A DNA stretch of 64,000 bases from a virus (Duplodnaviria > Caudoviricetes), in IMG/VR virus record IMGVR_UViG_3300031992_000038, positions 51,874 to 115,873 of that record; one strand, given 5' to 3'. Under the pieces are notes generated by a model. That model ran no database searches, was not told the origin of the DNA, and worked only from the letters and a program-made list of their open reading frames with translations. Every line of letters begins with the position of its first letter. Position 1 is the stretch's first letter. Shown piece by piece: positions 51,087 through 59,230 of this stretch. A program made the translations under genes and the position numbers.

Positions 51087-51779
51087 CTGCACTCTCCTCC
51101 TGAAAAACATACCTCTCTTAACAATCATTAACGCGCCAATCATTGCACATTCCCCGTTTTTTTCCTACCTTACGGATGTCAAGTGAGGGATACACCCCCG
51201 CACGACCGACAACACAGAACGACAAAATGAAAACGGCAATGGCAACACAGAGCAGAAGCGCACACGCAAGCGCAAGACAACAAGGGGACACCCGACCGCA
51301 CGCGCCGCCATCAGAACAACGGCGACCGGAACGCACCAGCATACACACGCACGGCCCGCACTACACCCGAGCCGCAACGGACGCCCAACTAACACAAATC
51401 ACCGCACGACAACAGACGGGAAAACTTACAATCCGTAACCGCACCCCCATACGGAACAAAAACGGATTGTAATATAAAAGCGGTATTTTTGTGACAAATT
51501 ATAACAAATGACAAGATAAGGACAAATGACGAAGGAAAATATGTTAAAGGTCATGGCGGCACATTCATACATGGATGACCGGCAGAGGAGGCTTGCGGTC
51601 TCCACAGCGATGAGGCTGAACAGCAAGACCGAGACGGAGGCGATGTACCGAATGTTCAGGGAACGGGCGCTCACGGCCGACACATGCCTCAGGGCACTCG
51701 CCACACCGAGAAGAATGAGGGACAGGGCGCAACACACGACCCCTCGTACTCAAATGAGTACAAACAACATCAGACGCAC

Positions 51780-52238
51780 ATGGGAAAGAAAGACAAGACC
51801 ACAAGGCTCGCGCTGAAGATAGCGGAGGAACTCGGGACTGAACAGCCCACTGAAAGCAAGACCACCAACTCCGCATACATCGCTGACGCTCTCGGGAGCG
51901 GGCTGGACGTGCGCGTCAGCGACCACCTGACACGGCCGAAGGCGGGCGAGGCGCAGATAATCCTCAACAACGACGGCACAGTCTCGGCGGTGCTCGGGCT
52001 CTACATCCTCACTGTCAGCAGAAGGGACATCATCACAACGCTCAAGGCGTGGGCCTTCGCAAGGATGACGCAGAGCAAGGACGCGGCGGACGGGATAATC
52101 AACGGACTCAAGGAGGAACTCGCACAGGCAAAGGAGGAGGCAAGACCGATGCGAGGACTGACACCGGCGCAGAAACGGGACGTGGAGACCTACATCGCAA
52201 AAAAATTCAAAACGGAAGGGGCGACCAAAAAACCGTGA
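51780..52238 (+). CDS. Hypothetical protein (S.Y...VRVSDH motif)
   Basis: TTNSAYI...VRVSDH; last ORF of the array. Confidence 0.65.
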   Translation: MGKKDKTTRLALKIAEELGTEQPTESKTTNSAYIADALGSGLDVRVSDHLTRPKAGEAQIILNNDGTVSAVLGLYILTVSRRDIITTLKAWAFARMTQSKDAADGIINGLKEELAQAKEEARPMRGLTPAQKRDVETYIAKKFKTEGATKKP

Positions 52239-52439
52239 TTTTGGTTAGTGCGGATTTTATCTCCTATGCACAGTTAACCATTTTTAACAATTCGAGGGAG
52301 GGGAATGGAGCGGACATACAATCGGACTATTGTAAAAATATTAACAAAGTTTAACATAAATTGTATAAAATTACGAAGGTTAAAGTTTGTTAAAGGGCGA
52401 GCGCCGGAATGTTAAAATTTGCAAAGGGGATACGCGGCA

Positions 52440-52610
52440 CACAGTCCTGTCCCGCCCCTTTTCCCATTCGCCTACCGCCCATTCCCACCACTTCTCTCGC
52501 CCTCTTTTCCCCTCCCGCACCTATCTCTCTCCTCTCCCCCGTCCTCTGCGCCCGCCCCGTGTACTCAAATGGGTACAAATGCGCGCGCGTGCACGCGTGC
52601 GCGTGTGCTG
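52440..52610. other. Non-coding right boundary: C/T-rich tract, palindrome copy and alternating purine-pyrimidine run
   Basis: C runs at 52450-52558; gcgcgcgcgtgcacgcgtgcgcgtgtgc at 52581-52608. Confidence 0.65.
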
Positions 52611-52777
52611 TCCGTTTTCGTCCGTGTCCTTCAACGGGTCCCGTCACGTCTGCGTAACCCTTTGCGCGTGAGGCGTTTCCATTTTCTGTATGGGTATACT
52701 CTTTTTGTACGCTGCAATTAAAAAGAATGGCGGGAAGATTTGTTTCCCCGCCATTCCCTTTTGTATGTCTTTCTCTC

Positions 52778-53887
52778 TTACAGAAAGTCCATTTCCGCGA
52801 AGCACGACCATCCGTTGGCGTTGTGTGAGATACCGCCGAAACTGTACCGGTAGAGTGTCGCCCCGCCGCCTCCGTTCTGTCCGACGTTGAATGTGTAAGT
52901 GTTCGCCTCCGCTCCGTCCATGATGAGTGTCATCGAGCAGGCGGTGTACTTGTACTGTTCTGCGGGCACGAACCCGGATTTGTCCCACACTTCTTCTGAT
53001 TGGTGCAGCAGGTTCTGCGTCATCAGCGGCGTTGACGTTGCCGTGATTGTCTGGTTGGGTGTTCCGTCGCCCGTTCTCGACACGATGGTGTAGAACGCCG
53101 TCATCGGCGCCGCCGTGAACATGACTCCGTCTGCGCTCACTGTGCCAAGTTCTCCGGCATGCAGTGTGGCTTCCGCTGTCAGTATCTGTGAGGCGTGCTG
53201 CACCGCCTTGATGTCCACCTTGTAGACTTTCCCCTTGGCCGGCAAGTATTCCATGTCTATCTGCGCCGGTGTGACTGTCACCTTCGGGAATCCCGAGTAT
53301 GCTGTCAGCGTGTCGGAGGTGATGAACCGGACAAAGTATCTTATGTCCGTTTTGAGGTCGAATATGTAGTAAGGTGACGGGAGGGTGCTCACCGATTCGG
53401 CACCGCTATTTCTCGGTGTGGCCTCCACCGTTATTGTTCCTCCGTCCGCGAACTCCCTTGTTCCGAAGTCGTACTCCGTCTTTCCGTCCGCCACGAGTAT
53501 GTATGTGGCGTCCTCGGGCACTGTCACCGTGCCATCCGTCTTGTATGTCGTCACCACCGCGGCCGCGCAGTCCACCGCGGAGTTCTGCGCTATCCGTTTC
53601 CCGATGTAGTTTACCCTTTCCGTTTCTGCTATCGGCTGTGCGAGCAGGCACATCTTGCGCTGCGCTGTGGTGCCGAACAATATGCCGTCCACGACGACCA
53701 GCGTTTCGTTGTCGTACATGGAGGTGTCCTTTGCCGCCTGTTCGAGGGGCAGGCTTCTCTTGTTGTACGTGAGCGCGGCGGTCTGCTCGGTCAGGGCTAC
53801 CCACGGCTCGTCGTAGGCGTCCCCGTTGTAGTCTGCGTCGTGCTGCGCCTGCGTGCTGTACAGGTGGAGATACTTTGGTGTCCTCAT
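52778..53887 (-). CDS. EPWV-tagged protein
   Basis: YLHLYSTQAQHDADY..YDEPWV..TYNK; N-terminal ~70 aa similar to 56841. Confidence 0.8.
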   Translation of the reverse strand: MRTPKYLHLYSTQAQHDADYNGDAYDEPWVALTEQTAALTYNKRSLPLEQAAKDTSMYDNETLVVVDGILFGTTAQRKMCLLAQPIAETERVNYIGKRIAQNSAVDCAAAVVTTYKTDGTVTVPEDATYILVADGKTEYDFGTREFADGGTITVEATPRNSGAESVSTLPSPYYIFDLKTDIRYFVRFITSDTLTAYSGFPKVTVTPAQIDMEYLPAKGKVYKVDIKAVQHASQILTAEATLHAGELGTVSADGVMFTAAPMTAFYTIVSRTGDGTPNQTITATSTPLMTQNLLHQSEEVWDKSGFVPAEQYKYTACSMTLIMDGAEANTYTFNVGQNGGGGATLYRYSFGGISHNANGWSCFAEMDFL

Positions 53888-54020
53888 TGTTGTTATCCTG
53901 TTGTTTTGTGTTTATTTTTCCGACACGTTTTCTGTGTTTTCCCTATAAATATTTTCCTGTGTTTTTCCCCGTCCCCGTTATTTATGGTAATGATGCCACA
54001 AAGGGCATGATTGTCATTAT

Positions 54021-55046
54021 ATGGTTCCAGTACAATATCTCCACAAGTTCTCCGACGCTTCCGCCCACGACTCCGTGTATGACGGCGCCGGTTACGCAGA
54101 GCCTTGGTGTGCCCTCACCGCTTCCACGGGTGTTGTCACGTACAACAAGGCCCGCCGAATTGCCGTGTCGTTCTCCACGCTGTGCGACCCTTCGAACTAC
54201 CGTGCTGAGCAGACCCTCATCTACGTCCGCCGCGACGATTCGTCATATGTGACCGATTTCTATCTGAACGGTTCGGGATATGACATTGACAGTCTGGCGA
54301 ACGATTACGGTTCTGTCCCTTGTCAGTACAGTGTCTCAGTGACGACTGATTCCCCTGTCGTGACCGCGGAATGGTTCTCTGACGCGTTGTCACGTTCCCT
54401 TCCTTTCACTCTCGTTACCACCGAGTCTGATTTCGGCGACCTTGCTGTCAAGGAGACCGTGTCCCACAGCGCGAACCCTAACACGACCTACCGCTTCTAC
54501 GACCTCGGCGCCGGCAGGCAGGTGGACGCGTTGACCTACACCTGGGACGGTGTGGGTATGCTGGAGGACATTCCTTGGGCGTTCATTGAGCCGACGGGTC
54601 TTGACCGCGGGTTCTCTGCACCGTCTTCTGTTCCTTCGGTGCGGGCGGTCGACGACTACAATGTCGGTTCTGTGTCTCTTCTGCCTGTGTTGGTCGAGGA
54701 GTCGGGATGGTCGGTGGACCTCGGCGAGAACCTTGGCGGCGGGTACAGCATGTCGTATCAGGGTGACTCGGGGTCGTGCCTCGTTAACGGCTGGCCTCGC
54801 GGGTCGTTGGCGTCGGCCGACTTGTCGGGCGGCGGTTTTGACGTTGTCGAGACTGTGATGATGTCCAACGGCGCCGTGAATTACAGTTCGCACATCGGCG
54901 CGACGTACATGGAGGACGGTTCGGGCGCCAGCCTGACCGGACGCGTCATAACCGCAGGCGGTTCTGCTGTCGGCACCATTGGCAGCAATGGCGGATGGCT
55001 CAGCAAGACTGGCGGTGAATATGATTACTTCAACAACGAAAAATAG
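54021..55046 (+). CDS. EPWV-tagged protein
   Basis: YLHKFSDASAHDSVY..YAEPWC..TYNK; TATTTAT at ~53979. Confidence 0.8.
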   Translation: MVPVQYLHKFSDASAHDSVYDGAGYAEPWCALTASTGVVTYNKARRIAVSFSTLCDPSNYRAEQTLIYVRRDDSSYVTDFYLNGSGYDIDSLANDYGSVPCQYSVSVTTDSPVVTAEWFSDALSRSLPFTLVTTESDFGDLAVKETVSHSANPNTTYRFYDLGAGRQVDALTYTWDGVGMLEDIPWAFIEPTGLDRGFSAPSSVPSVRAVDDYNVGSVSLLPVLVEESGWSVDLGENLGGGYSMSYQGDSGSCLVNGWPRGSLASADLSGGGFDVVETVMMSNGAVNYSSHIGATYMEDGSGASLTGRVITAGGSAVGTIGSNGGWLSKTGGEYDYFNNEK

Positions 55047-55051
55047 CATAT

Positions 55052-56779
55052 ATGAGAGAATTTCTGCATTTATACGGAACTCAGTCCGAGTGGTCGTCTG
55101 ACTACAATGGTGCTGCGTACTATCAGCCGTGGGTGTCCTACGAGAAGGAGAACCGCACGGTGGCGTACAACAAGAGGAAGAGGCTGGTTGTGCTGACGTC
55201 GGCCTCTGACAGCAAGACTTACGACGGCACTGTGTTGGCGAACGACGAGGTGACCGTGTCCGGCGATGGGTTCAAGTCCGGCGAGGGCGCTGTGTATGAC
55301 TTCGGGGGCGAGCAGGTGCTTGTCGGCGCGAGCGATAACACTTTCGCTTACGCGCTGAACCCGGGCACGAACGCCTCGGACTACGACATCCGCGTCGAGT
55401 TCGGCACGCTTGAGGTGACCGACGGAACGGGCGCTGAAGAGGAACCTGTGGATCCCGAGTTTGTTGTGACCATGCTTGTGGACGAAACGTCTTCGGGTGA
55501 AGGACCCTACAAATTGAGGGACACCGTGTACTATGAAGTGACCGCGACGAACATATACGAGGAAAGGAAGGACATCAGTCTGTCGTCCATTGAGGGCGTG
55601 ACGCTTGACCGGGTTTATTTCAGCGGCGTCGAGGGCGGGCAAACCGTGACCACGCAGGCGCGTTATGGCATTACTGAGGCGGACATCGAAAGAGGCGAGT
55701 TCACCGCGTCTGTCACGGCAAGTGTCGGCAATCTGTCCAAACGTGCGGATTGCGCCATTGCCACCGAATCCCCCAACCCGGTCATGACAATAGGCATAGA
55801 AACGTTGACGACGCCGCCCGCAGGCATGGAATACTTCCCACTGGACGAAACGATACAATATGAAGTCACCGTGACAAATGACGGGAACATGTCGCTGAGC
55901 GAAATACGAGTCTCGTCAACAGACGGTACTATAAGACTAAACGGTCTGGCACCTGGAGAGTCAGAGACACGTCAATTCTCTCATATGGTGACAGAAGAAG
56001 ATATAGCGGCCGAAGAAATCAATGTCGCTTGGACAGGAACCGCTAAAAATTCTTTACTTGAACCGACAATTGTTAATGGCAACCAGTTAGTAGAGGCACC
56101 CGAGGAACCGAATCCCGTGCTCACCATTATTCCGCAAACAGTGTCAGTGCCATTTAACGGGGAATATTACACACTTGGCGAATGGATTCAATATCAAATA
56201 ACCGTGGAAAATGCCGGGAACCTGACGTTGACCAACATTGAAATTTCATCATCCGATGATAGTGATACATTCGATTCTCTAAGTCCTGGCTCATCCCAAA
56301 TGCGTCAATTCTCTCATGTGGTGACAGAAGCAGATGTACTTGCTGCCGGAGTCAACGTGGAATGGACCGGAACCGCTGACAATCCTTCCACTTACCCAAC
56401 GAGTGTCGAGAATGTTTCTATACAGGAGCAAATCGAGGGGCCGAATCCTCATGCGACCATAAGTTTCAATGTCACGTCGGAACCAGAGAATGGGGAATAT
56501 TACACTTTGGGTGAGACCGTTGAATATGATGTCACTGTGACAAACGACGGGAACCTCACGATGAACAACTTCGAGTTGGAGTCGTCTGATGGCGACACGT
56601 TCAGTCCAGCCAATCCGCTAGGACCGCTTGAATCGGTGAAAGACCAGTTCTACCACGATGTCACCCAGACCGACGTCGACAATGAAACTGTCGAGATAAC
56701 ATGGACTGGCACCGCAAACAACCCGTCGTCCGTTCCAACTGTCCTGCCATCGAACGTTTTGTCCGAGCCTGCCGGGTAA
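55052..56779 (+). CDS. EPWV-tagged adhesin-like protein with MBG-like and four Ig-like (DUF11/DUF7507-type) repeats
   Basis: SASDSKTYDG; repeated LGE.(I/V).Y.(V/I)TV.N.GN.T.....H.VT..D. Confidence 0.8.
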   Translation: MREFLHLYGTQSEWSSDYNGAAYYQPWVSYEKENRTVAYNKRKRLVVLTSASDSKTYDGTVLANDEVTVSGDGFKSGEGAVYDFGGEQVLVGASDNTFAYALNPGTNASDYDIRVEFGTLEVTDGTGAEEEPVDPEFVVTMLVDETSSGEGPYKLRDTVYYEVTATNIYEERKDISLSSIEGVTLDRVYFSGVEGGQTVTTQARYGITEADIERGEFTASVTASVGNLSKRADCAIATESPNPVMTIGIETLTTPPAGMEYFPLDETIQYEVTVTNDGNMSLSEIRVSSTDGTIRLNGLAPGESETRQFSHMVTEEDIAAEEINVAWTGTAKNSLLEPTIVNGNQLVEAPEEPNPVLTIIPQTVSVPFNGEYYTLGEWIQYQITVENAGNLTLTNIEISSSDDSDTFDSLSPGSSQMRQFSHVVTEADVLAAGVNVEWTGTADNPSTYPTSVENVSIQEQIEGPNPHATISFNVTSEPENGEYYTLGETVEYDVTVTNDGNLTMNNFELESSDGDTFSPANPLGPLESVKDQFYHDVTQTDVDNETVEITWTGTANNPSSVPTVLPSNVLSEPAG

Positions 56780-56840
56780 TCCTCCGCCCGCCGTTTGCGG
56801 GGGAGGCGTTCCCGATATTTATTAAAAACATCATCCTGCT

Positions 56841-57911
56841 ATGGTAGAATATTATCTTCACTTGTTTCCAGACACTGCTTCGCACGACGCCGTTTACGAC
56901 GGGGATCAATACCGCGAGCCTTGGGTCGCTCTGACCGAGCAGACCTCCGCCGTGACTTACAACAGGCCGCCGTCATGGACGTTTGACGAGGCGATCTTGG
57001 ACCTGTCACTGTACGACCAAGAGAAACTTGTCGTCGAGGACCTCGGCGCAGACGGGTACTACATGTATCTGTCGAACTCCGCGCAGACCGTGCAGTCGAT
57101 CATGTCTGACGGGATAAACTTCAGCGCCGCCGTCAATGTGCGGGGCCGCGAGATGACCATACCTTCCGACGCGTCATTCAAGTTGATCGCCTATCAAGAG
57201 GTGTCGTTGCCGGGAAGGGAGTTCACCTATGACGATATCACCGTCCAGACCGGCGGCAGCGAGGACTACTACGTCTACCTCTACGACTTCTCGACGGATG
57301 TCGTGAAAAGGGTCCATTGTGTCACCGGCGGGTCGACTTACTTTGAGATACCCTACAACTTCACGGCGGTGCCGTTGACGCAGCGCGAGTTCTCGAGCAA
57401 GCGTCTCCGCGAGAAGCTGGACGTCGACCTTGTGCAGCATCTTCCCGTGCTTACGGACAATGTTTACGGCGGGTCTTATGTCCGTGAAAACTACTACAAC
57501 GAAGACGGCATATTCGTGTTCACTAACGACGTCGGAACTGAGGATCCGGAATATTTGGTGGAAGTAATGTGCGGCGTCAAGCTCTCTGACTTCTTCACCG
57601 TCAACTCGATGAGCGGTGACGCTTCCAACCTGTTCACGATGGACATAACAAGGAAGCCGTTCTGGACCGACAATGTGCAGGTTTCTTATTGGGACTATCA
57701 GTTAAGATATTGGTATGACGGTGTTCTTCCTGAGACGGGATTCGATATCCCGAGGGAGGTTGACTTCTACGTGAGATTGACGATAGACGGAACTGAGGTC
57801 GCGAGGTCCGAGGCGAATAATTTGACTAATTACGCAGAATTTTACAAAGGCTCGAAGTTCAGTAATCAAGGCAACGGATTCAACGTTGAGGTTATGACTG
57901 AAGTGCGGTAG
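56841..57911 (+). CDS. EPWV-tagged protein
   Basis: YLHLFPDTASHDAVY..YREPWV..TYNR; TATTTAT at ~56816. Confidence 0.8.
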   Translation: MVEYYLHLFPDTASHDAVYDGDQYREPWVALTEQTSAVTYNRPPSWTFDEAILDLSLYDQEKLVVEDLGADGYYMYLSNSAQTVQSIMSDGINFSAAVNVRGREMTIPSDASFKLIAYQEVSLPGREFTYDDITVQTGGSEDYYVYLYDFSTDVVKRVHCVTGGSTYFEIPYNFTAVPLTQREFSSKRLREKLDVDLVQHLPVLTDNVYGGSYVRENYYNEDGIFVFTNDVGTEDPEYLVEVMCGVKLSDFFTVNSMSGDASNLFTMDITRKPFWTDNVQVSYWDYQLRYWYDGVLPETGFDIPREVDFYVRLTIDGTEVARSEANNLTNYAEFYKGSKFSNQGNGFNVEVMTEVR

Positions 57912-57953
57912 ACGGATTCATGAAATAATGTTTAGAAAAACATCAAAACTGTC

Positions 57954-58223
57954 ATGAATAAGAAACGTGTAATAAGGCTTACGGAGTCAGACATCCGCAG
58001 GATTGTGAGGGAATCAGTTAAGGACGAATTCTTATCTTCCCTCAGTCAGCCGGACGACGACGTGGCCGCCGAGACGCTTTCTCTCGCCAGGTCTGCGTAC
58101 GATAGTCTGTGCCGTCTGAACCGCTTTGCGGCCGACAACGACATGTATGAGCTCGCCCGCGACAGCGCTGCGCTGGCCAAGTATGCCGGCGACCTTGTCG
58201 GGCGCATCGAGGCGTCGATGTGA
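57954..58223 (+). CDS. LTE-tagged small protein
   Basis: VIRLTESDIRRIVRESV. Confidence 0.7.
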   Translation: MNKKRVIRLTESDIRRIVRESVKDEFLSSLSQPDDDVAAETLSLARSAYDSLCRLNRFAADNDMYELARDSAALAKYAGDLVGRIEASM

Positions 58224-58336
58224 CATCTTCCGGTTCACTTCTGCCGGACTGTGTGGCGGGCGTTTGCGTCCGCCGCTTCTTTTTTTGCAATTATCTGAAC
58301 GAGATGACTATATTTAAAACAAAACAATGAAGAAAC

Positions 58337-59032
58337 ATGAAGCGGGCAATAAGACTCACTGAAGGTGATTTAAAACGGATGGTAAAAGAATCGGTCAACA
58401 AGATTCTCAATGAAGAGGATGGTTTCAGGCAAGTCGACGACCTGAACGCCTATGTTGCCTCAAATGGACTGAAAATGAGACCTGCGTCCAAATTCCAAAG
58501 GGTCAATGCACAAAGCGGCAAACGTTACATTGACCAATATGGTAAACAGAATGGGATGGACAAAAGGCAGATAGGAAGAATGGTTAGGCGAGGTGGCGCC
58601 CCGCTCACTACTGTCGCAGGTGACGGGACACAAGAGACAAACAACATGGTCACAAGGAACCATACCGTCTTGAACAACGTTGGCAACACCTCAAACAGAT
58701 GGGCAGTTGAGACACCCACATTCAAAAGGAAATATGAGCGAGACCCTTCAAATGGAGGAACATATAAGCCGAAAGGTGGACCAATGAACGCCGCACAGAT
58801 AAATGAGCCAATATCGTTCACGGCGCCTTGGGGAGAGAAGATGAATGTGGATAAAGGCGGTTATATCCTTCAAGACCCAGACAACCCCAACGACATATAC
58901 GGCATCAGCGGTAAGGATTTTGACTCGACATACAGGTTTAATGAGGGGAAAAACAGAATTAGAATTTCTGAGGCACAGTTGCGTCAGATAATCAAAGAAA
59001 GTGTTCAGGGCGTGTTGGATGAAGGCATATAA
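58337..59032 (+). CDS. LTE-tagged protein with PGDYG-like domain
   Basis: IRLTEGDLKRMVKESVNKILNE; APWGE.M....GGYI....YGI...DF..TY; second tag copy at the C-terminus. Confidence 0.75.
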   Translation: MKRAIRLTEGDLKRMVKESVNKILNEEDGFRQVDDLNAYVASNGLKMRPASKFQRVNAQSGKRYIDQYGKQNGMDKRQIGRMVRRGGAPLTTVAGDGTQETNNMVTRNHTVLNNVGNTSNRWAVETPTFKRKYERDPSNGGTYKPKGGPMNAAQINEPISFTAPWGEKMNVDKGGYILQDPDNPNDIYGISGKDFDSTYRFNEGKNRIRISEAQLRQIIKESVQGVLDEGI

Positions 59033-59230
59033 CCCAATGTGTGGTTAATCCACGCATTTTCATGGTTAATCCACATCACGCAATCTTAATTCACGCCAAG
59101 TGACAATCAGAAACGCTCCAATAGGGGCGTTTTTCTTGTAGTGAACCGCTAAAGTCCGTTTACAAGAAAATCCATCTATGCCCTGAGTTAGCGCACAGAT
59201 GGATTTGTTGTCTGTTGTCAAATGTTTATC

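Larger units (their letters stand above)
25828..52576 (+). repeat. Seven co-oriented 16-bp palindromes GTACYCAAATGRGTAC
   Basis: Copies at 25828, 30910, 33148, 42147, 48792, 51746, 52561, each followed by AA. Confidence 0.9.

Noticed and set aside
22385-52238. Classical integron or IS/MITE family
   Set aside because: No integrase or transposase in the window, no GTTRRRY attC consensus, no target-site duplications evident
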